From: an uncultured Acidimicrobiales bacterium
GTDB lineage: Bacteria; Actinomycetota; Acidimicrobiia; Acidimicrobiales; Poriferisodalaceae
NCBI GenBank assembly: GCA_964569385.1
Contig: CAZMUM010000046.1
Span: 1 to 33,167 of the forward strand
DNA: 33,167 nucleotides
Direction of reading: 5' to 3'
Shown: positions 16,720-24,557 of the stretch, one piece after another
Layout of the letters: each line of letters opens with the position of its first letter
Position numbering within the stretch: position 1 is the stretch's first letter
The notes under the pieces: generated by a model
What the model saw: only the letters and a program-made list of their open reading frames with translations
Told to the model about the DNA's origin: nothing
Database searches by the model: none
Position numbers and translations under genes: made by a program

Positions 16720-19128
16720 ATGCCAACCATGACATCGGTCAAAGACCCAAGGCCACGACCCACGCGGCAGCCATCCGATGTCTCGCTGTGTGTCGTGTCC
16801 GACAACACAATGCAAGCCTTCGCAACAGCGCTGCGCGACGCCGACCGAGCCGCTATCGACACCGAAACGGTTTACATCGAACCAGGCCCCGGCGCATTGC
16901 GGGTGGTCTCGGCTGCAACTCGGGCCCCCGACGGGACCGAGCAGGCCTGGGTTGTTGATGTCACTCTTGTCGACCGCCTCGATCTCGCCAAGGCTCTTTC
17001 GGGGGTGAAAGCCGATGCCTGGAACGCCGACTTCGACGCCAGGGTCATCGAACGCGACCTCATCGAACCAGCGCGGCTGGCCGGACTCGACGTCGAGCCA
17101 GTCGTGTGGTGGGACGCTCAGCTCGCCGACGCTCTCCTGCACCAGGGCGTTACTGGGTTCGGGTTTTATCACGGGCTCGCCTGGGCCGCTGAGTGGTACT
17201 TAGGTATCCGGGCCGAGGGTAAAGGCACCACCCAACTGTCCTACACCGAGAGCGATCCACTAACCGAAGAACAACTTCGCTACGCCGGCGCCGATGCGAT
17301 CGAGACGCTGTGGGTAGCCGATGTCATCTCGACTCAGATCGACGAATTGGGACTCAATCGGGTGTGCACGCTCGAGCAACTGGCCAGGCCGTTTCTCGAC
17401 CAGATGGAACGGGCCGGTCTGCCATTCGACTGGGATGGCTGGCACGATCAACTTCACGAGATCGAAAAGCTCCGGGTGGCCACACTCACCCGCCTGGCCG
17501 AACTAACTGGGGGCGGACAGGGCTCGCTGTTTTCGGCCGAGCTCGAACCCTCGTGGAACCCAGGCAGCGAGAGCCAAACAAAACAGATGCTCAACGAGTT
17601 CTCACTCGACGAGGTTCTACGCTGGACTGAGGCCTACATGGGCGATCGCCGACCGCTCGAACCCATCGATCCGCTGCGGGCCGACACTCTGGCCGAAATT
17701 GGCGGCGAGCTGTGCACCACCCTGCTCGAGTACCGCGAGCACACCAAGATTCTCACGACATACGGCGAGAACCTCCAAGACCATGTCGGCGACGACGGCC
17801 GAATCCACCCCGAGTACCTTCAGGTAGTGGGTACCAACACCGGCCGCCTGGCCTCACGTAACCCCAACGCCCAGAACCTCTCTCCACGCATGAAGCCGCA
17901 CTTCAAACCAGCCGACGACGAGAAGGTATTCGTCTATTCCGACCTCAGCCAGGCCGAGCTTCGGTTCGTGGCCCAACTATCGGGCGATGAGGCTCTGTGT
18001 CAGGCCTTTGCCGACGGAGTGGACGTACACGCGGCAACCGCAGAGCGCATGTTTGGCATCGACATGACCGCACTTGGCAATGACGACCCTAAGAGTTACG
18101 AGGAGTACCGGGCCAAGTCGAAGCGAATCAACTTCGGCATCGTCTACGGACAACGCGGTGGCGGTCTGGCGCGCAGCCTCTCGCAGTCGGGTGTTCCTAC
18201 TACTCCAGACGAAGGACGCAACCTGCTTGAGGCCTACCTGGCTGCCTACCCAGGCGTGGCCCAATGGTGCGACGATCGCGACCGCATTATCGACCGACTT
18301 GCGACCGATCCTGGCCCGATGGACTGGATTGCAACACTGCGGCTCCATCAACTCCTCCCGACCATCACCGCCAGTCGCCGGGCGTTTCGGGCCGAGAATC
18401 GTCGGTGGCCTTCGGTCGAGGAGGTTCAAGAACAGTTCGATCACTTAACTCTCGACGAGGTTGCTTGGGCGATGTCTTTCCACGCCCCAGTAGCGCTTCG
18501 AGCCGATGGCAAACCCTTCGCGTTCGATAGCTTCACGAAAGCTGGTCGCCGCCAAAGGTTCACTATCCACACCGAGGGGATCCTGGCTAGGGGCGCGGCA
18601 ACCATCATCGCCTCGCACAAACCGAGTCCGGCCCAAATTCGAGTGCGTCTCAACGACAGATTCAACGTCAAGCTGGGTGCCACTCCACCAGACTCCTCCG
18701 ATTCTGGCATTACGAAAATGCTCGAAGATCGTGCTCTGCGGCGGGCCGTGATCGATGAGGTCGCCGATCTGATGGGTGCCGATGCTCTAAGCCGTCTACT
18801 TGATACCTCGCTCCGAGAACGGGTCGCCCGTATGGCCAACGCCTACCGGAATGCGCCGGTGCAGGGCGGAGTCGCCGACGTCATGCTCGACGCATACGGG
18901 CTTCTGCACACACGACTGGCCCAGTTCCCCGACGCTGTTGGCGTTCAGACTGTTCACGACAGCGTGGTTGTCGAGTGCTCTAGAGCCACCGCTAAGGAAG
19001 TCGCAATCGTGGTCAAGGGTGCCCTCGAAGACGCCATGCGAGCCTGGTGTCCCGACGTTGCGGCTGTTGCTGACACCGATGTGAGGTCGTCACTATCGGA
19101 CAGTGACGTCGAGTTCAGCCTTCCATAG
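16720..19128 (+). CDS. Family-A (PolA-like) DNA polymerase with an N-terminal 3'-5' proofreading exonuclease domain and no 5'-nuclease domain. It carries a large insertion between motifs B and C.
   Basis: Exo motifs: AIDTET (Exo I), WNADFDARV (Exo II), YAGADAIETLWV (Exo III). Polymerase motif A is VYSDLSQAELRFVAQLSGDE and motif B is YRAKSKRINFGIVYG. Then YPGVAQWCDD, then ~170 extra residues before MANAYRNAPVQGGVADVM. Motif C is VHDSVVVE (HDS in place of the usual HDE). Confidence 0.85.
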   Translation: MPTMTSVKDPRPRPTRQPSDVSLCVVSDNTMQAFATALRDADRAAIDTETVYIEPGPGALRVVSAATRAPDGTEQAWVVDVTLVDRLDLAKALSGVKADAWNADFDARVIERDLIEPARLAGLDVEPVVWWDAQLADALLHQGVTGFGFYHGLAWAAEWYLGIRAEGKGTTQLSYTESDPLTEEQLRYAGADAIETLWVADVISTQIDELGLNRVCTLEQLARPFLDQMERAGLPFDWDGWHDQLHEIEKLRVATLTRLAELTGGGQGSLFSAELEPSWNPGSESQTKQMLNEFSLDEVLRWTEAYMGDRRPLEPIDPLRADTLAEIGGELCTTLLEYREHTKILTTYGENLQDHVGDDGRIHPEYLQVVGTNTGRLASRNPNAQNLSPRMKPHFKPADDEKVFVYSDLSQAELRFVAQLSGDEALCQAFADGVDVHAATAERMFGIDMTALGNDDPKSYEEYRAKSKRINFGIVYGQRGGGLARSLSQSGVPTTPDEGRNLLEAYLAAYPGVAQWCDDRDRIIDRLATDPGPMDWIATLRLHQLLPTITASRRAFRAENRRWPSVEEVQEQFDHLTLDEVAWAMSFHAPVALRADGKPFAFDSFTKAGRRQRFTIHTEGILARGAATIIASHKPSPAQIRVRLNDRFNVKLGATPPDSSDSGITKMLEDRALRRAVIDEVADLMGADALSRLLDTSLRERVARMANAYRNAPVQGGVADVMLDAYGLLHTRLAQFPDAVGVQTVHDSVVVECSRATAKEVAIVVKGALEDAMRAWCPDVAAVADTDVRSSLSDSDVEFSLP

Positions 19129-19170
19129 AAGTAGTCTCATTCGGATGGGACAACCCGGAAAGAGGAGTCG

Positions 19171-19866
19171 GTGGGCGATCTAACGAGACGAGTCCGCGAC
19201 AGCGCGACCGCAACCAATCACTCTGAGGCTGTCCTATCGCCACGCGCCGCAGCTAAGGCCGAACGCGAGGAACGGGGTCGCGCGTCTCGTCAGCACAGGT
19301 CCGATACACAAGAAGCAGTCCGTATCGAAACTGCCCGACGCACCCAATTGGCCCACATCGTCAACACCTTCAGGGCTTCGGCTCGACATGGCGACGATGT
19401 CGGCACCACCGGATTCTCAAGGCTGAAGACGTTCAAGAAACATCGCCTACGTCTTGGCCGTCGTCCACGTGGTTGGGTTGTTGGTGCTGGCACCGTTCCG
19501 CTCCAGTTTCCCGACGGAGTCCGCCAGTTGGAAGCCCAGCTAATTTTGGGCGCCGATGGTCGGCTGTACGCATCGATCGATGGCGTGATTGGAGCTCGAT
19601 ATCAGGTCGGCCAAGCCGTAGCGCCGACGACGCCGTGGATGCTGAGCGTTCAAGTGTGGCGTTTGGTCGAAGACACCATCCCCGAAACGGTTGGTGCATT
19701 GGTGGGTTACCTAAGCCTCACTTGGCCCGCCGAACGCGAAGCCCAAGCGCAGGCGGGGGCAGCCGAAGCAATAGGGCCAACGCAGGCGGGGGCAGCCGAA
19801 GCAATAGGACCAACGCAGGCGGGGGCAGCCGAAGCAATAGGACCAACGCAGACCCAACTGGGCTGA
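19171..19866 (+). CDS. Hypothetical protein with C-terminal tandem peptide repeats (QAGAAEAIGPT x3)
   Basis: 231-aa ORF co-directional and tightly spaced with its neighbours. The repeat is encoded by the 33-bp tandem DNA repeat at 19741-19850. Confidence 0.5.
   Translation: MGDLTRRVRDSATATNHSEAVLSPRAAAKAEREERGRASRQHRSDTQEAVRIETARRTQLAHIVNTFRASARHGDDVGTTGFSRLKTFKKHRLRLGRRPRGWVVGAGTVPLQFPDGVRQLEAQLILGADGRLYASIDGVIGARYQVGQAVAPTTPWMLSVQVWRLVEDTIPETVGALVGYLSLTWPAEREAQAQAGAAEAIGPTQAGAAEAIGPTQAGAAEAIGPTQTQLG
19741..19850 (+). repeat. 33-bp perfect or near-perfect tandem repeat, about 3.3 copies (caggcgggggcagccgaagcaataggRccaacg)
   Basis: Read directly. Copies 2 and 3 are identical and copy 1 differs by one base (g/a). 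Confidence 0.85.
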
Positions 19867-19871
19867 GCGAC

Positions 19872-20789
19872 ATGAGAAATGGCCGCTACGCGCCTAGCCC
19901 AACGGGCAATCTGCACGTTGGGAATCTCCGAACTGCCATGGTGGCGTGGCTTCGGGCCAGGGCCAGCAAGAGCAGTTTCGTGCTGCGCATCGAAGACCTC
20001 GATCCTGGGTCTCGGTCTGGTCGATTTATCGATAGCCAGTTAGCCGATCTCGAATCACTTGGCCTCGACTGGGATGGCGACCCAATTCGCCAATCTGGCC
20101 GTCTCGAGCAGTATCGGGTCGCGCTCGAAGAGCTAGTTTCGGCTGGTCACACCTTCGAGTGTTTCTGCTCCCGGCGCGAGATTCGAGATGCCACCCAGGC
20201 CAGCCATCGAGCAGGAGCATCGGGCTATCCGGGGACGTGTCGCTCTCTCAGCGCTGCCGAACGGGCCAAACGAGCAGCCTCAGGGCGACCAGCAGCTATT
20301 CGGTTGGCCGGTAGTGGCCTCGAACGCGACTTCGTCGACCGAATTGCCGGACCATTTACCGGGCCTGTCCACGACATCGTGATCAGGCGAAACGACGGCG
20401 TTCCGGCCTACAACCTTGCAGTCGTCATCGACGACCAGTTGCAGATGGTCGAAGAAGTCGTGCGCGGCGACGACCTCCTCGCGTCAACCCCAGCACAGAT
20501 ACGACTCTGCGAACTACTTGGGTTTCGCCGGCTCGCGTATGCCCACGTTCCCCTGGTCTTCGGACCAGGCGGCGAGCGGCTGGCCAAACGAGATGGAGCC
20601 GTCTCGCTACCGAAGTTGGCCAAACTTGGTCACCCGGCATCTCAGATTTTGGCGTGGATGGGTGCATCACTAGGACTATGCGACCGCGACGACGACGTTA
20701 CTGCCGACGATCTGTTGCAGTCGTACACCGACCGCGGACCACTTTGGTCAACCTGGATCCTCGACTCATCCGACATTGGGGGCAGCTGA
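19872..20789 (+). CDS. gluQ: Glutamyl-Q tRNA(Asp) synthetase (GluQ-RS / YadB)
   Basis: RYAPSPTGNLHVGNLRTAMVAW (HIGH-like motif), …CFCSRREI…GYPGTC…, KLAKRDG. About 305 aa, the length of the truncated GluRS paralogue. ATG at 19872. The finder ORF starts earlier at 19473 in the same frame, but the homology begins here. Confidence 0.85.
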   Translation: MRNGRYAPSPTGNLHVGNLRTAMVAWLRARASKSSFVLRIEDLDPGSRSGRFIDSQLADLESLGLDWDGDPIRQSGRLEQYRVALEELVSAGHTFECFCSRREIRDATQASHRAGASGYPGTCRSLSAAERAKRAASGRPAAIRLAGSGLERDFVDRIAGPFTGPVHDIVIRRNDGVPAYNLAVVIDDQLQMVEEVVRGDDLLASTPAQIRLCELLGFRRLAYAHVPLVFGPGGERLAKRDGAVSLPKLAKLGHPASQILAWMGASLGLCDRDDDVTADDLLQSYTDRGPLWSTWILDSSDIGGS

Positions 20790-21375
20790 AGTGACCGCTA
20801 GCGGGATAGGTGCGACGAAACAACAGTGGCGACGATGGCTTCGCCAGATTGCCCGACCGCCATCAGCAACCGTTTCAGAGCAGGTAATTCGCCATCTTTG
20901 CGAGTTTCTGGACAGTAGATCAGGTGCGGTTTTGACGTATCGGCCAATGCCGGGCGAACTTGACCTTGATCGGCTGCTTAGTCGGCCAGACCGCGATCGG
21001 TTTTATGTGACAAGAACTAACTCAGACGACGTCCTTACGGTTCACCGGGCCTCCGCTCCGACCGAACTCCATCGGTATGGGTACGCACAACCAACCGCCG
21101 GCGCCGCGAAGGTCGATCCGGCGACGATCGACATCGTGCTTGTGCCGGCGGTTGCCTTCGGACGAGATGGATCGCGCTTGGGGCACGGAGCTGGTTACTA
21201 CGATCGCCTCCTGCCAAGCGTCAGCGCTGGAGCCGCCGTGGTTGGCGTAGCACATGAGGCAATAGTCGCCCGCACCGTGCCTGTGGGTCAGCACGACGTG
21301 CCGATGACCCATCTCGTTACCGAGACAGGAATGGCTGCTTGTCGTGTTGAGGTGATCGACAACTCTGGCCGATAA
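20776..21375 (+). CDS. 5-formyltetrahydrofolate cyclo-ligase
   Basis: KQQWRRWLRQ…RHLCEFL…DIVLVPAVAFGRDGSRLGHGAGYYDRLL matches 5-FCL family motifs (GxGxGYYDR). TTG at 20776 overlaps the gluQ end. An in-frame GTG at 20791 is an alternative start. Confidence 0.8.
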   Translation: MGAAEVTASGIGATKQQWRRWLRQIARPPSATVSEQVIRHLCEFLDSRSGAVLTYRPMPGELDLDRLLSRPDRDRFYVTRTNSDDVLTVHRASAPTELHRYGYAQPTAGAAKVDPATIDIVLVPAVAFGRDGSRLGHGAGYYDRLLPSVSAGAAVVGVAHEAIVARTVPVGQHDVPMTHLVTETGMAACRVEVIDNSGR

Positions 21376-21385
21376 CGTCCGGCCA

Positions 21386-22219
21386 ATGCGTATCTTGCTA
21401 ACCAACGATGACGGCATCGATTCTGTCGGTCTCCATTTGCTCGCCAAAGCCATGCGGAAACACGGTGAAGTGGTCGTCGTCGCACCAGCAAGTGAGTACT
21501 CCGGCGCGGCTGCGGCAATCGGCTCGTTGTTTATCGACGAGCCCGAGGTGACGGTCGCCGAGGTCGAAGGCATCGACGAGGCGTGGGCCGTTGCCGGGCC
21601 TCCGGCGCTTTGTGTCATGTACGCCCGAATGGGAGCGTTCGGCGGGCCGTTCGACCTTGTGGTGTCTGGCATCAACCCTGGGGCCAACGTCGGTCGAGCC
21701 GTGTATCACTCAGGCACTATCGGAGCGGCAGTCACAGGGCGTATTGGTGGCATCCACGGCATCGCGGTTAGCCAGGCTGTCGATGGTTGGGGTGTTGAAG
21801 GCCAGAGCTGGGACGACATTGTGGCTAAGCAGAAGTGGGGGTCTGCGGTTCGGGTTGCCGACATGGCTGTCGAGGGTTTCCTGGCCGAACCACCGCCGGA
21901 ACCCGTTGTGCTCAACATCAATGTTCCCAACCGTCACTTCGACGACATCGTCGGGTGGCGCCGAACCGACGTGTCCCAGATGACGCCTCGCGCCGAATCG
22001 GTTGCGGAACTAACGCCCAAACCCGGCCACGAGGGCACGTTCTCTATCGCTATGACTTGGGGCGACCCAATCGAGCATGCCGTCGGTACCGATAGTCGCG
22101 CCATAGCCGACGGCGAGGTGTCGATCACTTGGCTCAGTCGCGTCACTGGGACCACACCCGTCGGCATTGATTCGACAGAGAATGCGATTACTCAGTACTT
22201 CAACCGCAACAGCTCGTAG
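21386..22219 (+). CDS. surE: 5'/3'-nucleotidase SurE
   Basis: MRILLTNDDGIDSVGL…VVAPASEYSG…SGINPGANVG…YHSGTIGAA are the SurE signature motifs. Confidence 0.9.
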   Translation: MRILLTNDDGIDSVGLHLLAKAMRKHGEVVVVAPASEYSGAAAAIGSLFIDEPEVTVAEVEGIDEAWAVAGPPALCVMYARMGAFGGPFDLVVSGINPGANVGRAVYHSGTIGAAVTGRIGGIHGIAVSQAVDGWGVEGQSWDDIVAKQKWGSAVRVADMAVEGFLAEPPPEPVVLNINVPNRHFDDIVGWRRTDVSQMTPRAESVAELTPKPGHEGTFSIAMTWGDPIEHAVGTDSRAIADGEVSITWLSRVTGTTPVGIDSTENAITQYFNRNSS

Positions 22220-22262
22220 CATCCCAGGCAAACCGGCAAGATTCGAACCCGTTCAGCCTGGG

Positions 22263-22932
22263 TTACTTGGCAGTCCATCCTCCGTCGACGGCGACAGTTT
22301 CGCCGGTGATGTAGGTGCTCGCCGAGCTAGCCAACAACAGGAGAACACCATCGAGTTCGCCCTCGTTTCCAGGCCGTCGCATCAGTGCACCTCGTTCGAT
22401 GTAGCGCTGTCCGCCTGCGGCCATCTCGCCCACAAACAGATCGCTGGTTAGTTCGGTCTCGAAATATCCGGGTGCAATCGCGTTTACCCGGATTCGGTGC
22501 CGAGCCCACTGCGCTGCCAAGTCCCTCGTGAGGCCGGTGAGGCCAGCCTTAGACGCAACATAGGCCGCTTGATGTATTGATGGCGAACAGGGCAGGGTCC
22601 TCCTCTTCGGCCTTTACCGGCGAATCCGACGTGCCGGCGTTGTTCACCAAGATATCGACCTTCCCGAACTGGTCGATCGACTCGGCGACAAGTCGACGTA
22701 GCTCTTCGTCGTCGGTCACGTCGCAGCGAATTGGCAACGAGTTCGGCAGCCTGGCTGCCAGCTCTGTTAGGCGATCCTCGCGCCGTGCCGCCAGCACAAC
22801 GTTGGCGCCAGCGTTACTTAGTACCTCAGAAAATCGCACCCCGAAACCGCTAGATGCTCCTGTAACGATGGCGACCTGACCCGTCAGGTCGAACAGGGTT
22901 GAGCTGTTGGGTGGTTTAACAACGTTGGGCAT
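22263..22932 (-). pseudogene. Short-chain dehydrogenase/reductase (SDR) gene carrying a frameshift and an internal deletion
   Basis: ORF 22549-22932 has TGASSGFG (the cofactor site) and NNAG. ORF 22263-22520 continues in another frame from …AYVASKAGLTGLTRDLAAQWARHRIRVNAIAPGYFETE (YxxxK and the PG motif). Only ~30 codons separate NNAG from the catalytic Tyr, against ~55-60 in intact SDRs. The two frames overlap between 22552 and 22613. Confidence 0.6.
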
Positions 22933-22994
22933 GGGCTGGTTTTACTCGATCCTCGGTGCGAAGTTTCTCATGCACAGCGAATAGTCTGAAAACC

Positions 22995-23630
22995 ATGACT
23001 GATCTAAGCGGTCTTGACCACTTGGTGTACGCCGCACCCGATCTCGATTCGGGGTGTGCCGCCTTCGAGGCACTCACGGGGGTCGCACCCACCTTTGGCG
23101 GTGCCCACGAGGGCCTTGGCACCCACAACGCTCTGGCTTCACTCGGCGACAAGACCTATGTCGAGATTGTTGCTCCCCAACAACCGACTGGCGGCAAGCA
23201 CCGCTGGATCGACTACTGCCGCACCTTGGCCGAGCCGAAGCTCTTCACGTTCTGTATGCGCCCAAAGACAAGCCTCGACGAGGTGGCCCGTGTGTCTGCC
23301 GATGCCGGTTTCGATGGTGTTGGACCATTCGCGATGAGCCGGGTTCGGCCCGACGGCGTGACGCTCGCATGGCATCTGTTCTCACCAAATCCAGGCCGCT
23401 TCGGAGACCTGAATCCGTTCTACATCGACTGGGGTCAAAGCGAACATCCAGCTCGCTCGACACCAACCGCAGGTGAGATTGTGGGCCTATCGATTCGTCA
23501 TCCCCAACATCAGGCGTTGGCCGACCACTTCGGCAGCCTCGGAGTTGAGGGCGTCCACGTGTCGTTTGGCGACGAACCGTCTATCTCGGCCACCATCGAA
23601 ACGGCTAAGGAACTAGTCACCCTGGCCTAA
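22995..23630 (+). CDS. VOC (glyoxalase/bleomycin-resistance/dioxygenase-like) family protein
   Basis: LDHLVYAAPDLDSGCAAFEALTGV…GGAHEGLGTHNALASLGD…YVEIVAP resembles a Glyoxalase-like (VOC) domain. ATG at 22995 is preferred over the upstream GTG at 22956. Confidence 0.6.
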   Translation: MTDLSGLDHLVYAAPDLDSGCAAFEALTGVAPTFGGAHEGLGTHNALASLGDKTYVEIVAPQQPTGGKHRWIDYCRTLAEPKLFTFCMRPKTSLDEVARVSADAGFDGVGPFAMSRVRPDGVTLAWHLFSPNPGRFGDLNPFYIDWGQSEHPARSTPTAGEIVGLSIRHPQHQALADHFGSLGVEGVHVSFGDEPSISATIETAKELVTLA

Positions 23631-23672
23631 CCAACCACCTAGGATCGAAGCCCAGAGTCGAGGAGCAACCAC

Positions 23673-24554
23673 ATGACCACCTTTGACGAAACACCGCTGT
23701 CCAAATCGTTCGCAACCGTGAACGGCAAGTCGATGGCGTTTCACGAGCGAGGCGAGGGCGACAACACGTTCTTGTTCCTTCACGGCAACCCGACGTCGTC
23801 GTATCTTTGGCGCAACATCATTCCTCACCTCGAACCGCACGGTCGCTGCATATCTCCTGATCTGATTGGCATGGGCGATTCGGCCAAGCTCGACGACACC
23901 GGGCCAGACTCCTACCAATTCGTGGAGCACCGTCGTTATCTCGATGGACTGCTCGACCAACTCGACATTGGCGACAACGTCACGCTCGTCATCCACGACT
24001 GGGGCTCGGCACTGGGCTTCGACTGGGCTCATCGGCACCCCGCCCGCGTCGCGGGAATTGTGTACATGGAGTCGATCGTGCGGGCTATGGACTGGGACGA
24101 CTGGCCCGATGCTGCCACCGCTATCTTCGAAAGTATGCGATCGCCGGCAGGCGAGGAAATGGTCATCGACAAGAACCTCTTCGTCGAAGCAATTTTGCCT
24201 GGCTCGATTCTTCGAACGCTCACCGATGCCGAAATGGCCGAGTACCGACGTCCATTTGTCGATGCGGCCGCTCGCCGACCGACGCTCACTTGGCCCCGTC
24301 AGATACCACTCGGTGGCGAGCCTGCCGACGTCGTCGAAATCGTCAGCGCCTACTCAGACTGGCTCGTTACCGCCGACGTGCCAAAGCTGCTGGTCAACGC
24401 CGAGCCGGGGGCCATCATGACGGGGCCTCAGTTGGCTCACGCCAGAACGTTCGCCAACCAGACCGAGGTGCTGGTGTCGGGCAATCACTTCATCCAAGAA
24501 GACAGTCCTCACGAGATAGGCGAAGCAATCGTTGCCTGGTTGGCCGACCGCTAG
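23673..24554 (+). CDS. Haloalkane dehalogenase (alpha/beta-hydrolase fold, DhaA/LinB-like)
   Basis: FLFLHGNPTSSYLWRNIIPHL…IHDWGSALGF (nucleophile Asp in the HDWG context) …GNHFIQEDSPHEIGEAI is the classic haloalkane dehalogenase motif set (HGNPTSSYLWR). Confidence 0.85.
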   Translation: MTTFDETPLSKSFATVNGKSMAFHERGEGDNTFLFLHGNPTSSYLWRNIIPHLEPHGRCISPDLIGMGDSAKLDDTGPDSYQFVEHRRYLDGLLDQLDIGDNVTLVIHDWGSALGFDWAHRHPARVAGIVYMESIVRAMDWDDWPDAATAIFESMRSPAGEEMVIDKNLFVEAILPGSILRTLTDAEMAEYRRPFVDAAARRPTLTWPRQIPLGGEPADVVEIVSAYSDWLVTADVPKLLVNAEPGAIMTGPQLAHARTFANQTEVLVSGNHFIQEDSPHEIGEAIVAWLADR

Positions 24555-24557
24555 AAG

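Noticed and set aside
22221-22262. GGTTCGAATC T-loop-like decamer (minus strand) and a 7-bp inverted repeat CCCAGGC…GCCTGGG between surE and the SDR pseudogene. A similar GTTCGAAAC motif occurs at 66-76.
   Set aside because: No cloverleaf can be built: there are no acceptor or D arms and the T-stem is not complementary. The hairpin loop is 27 nt, too large for an intrinsic terminator. This is possibly a tRNA-fragment or att remnant, but that is unsupported.
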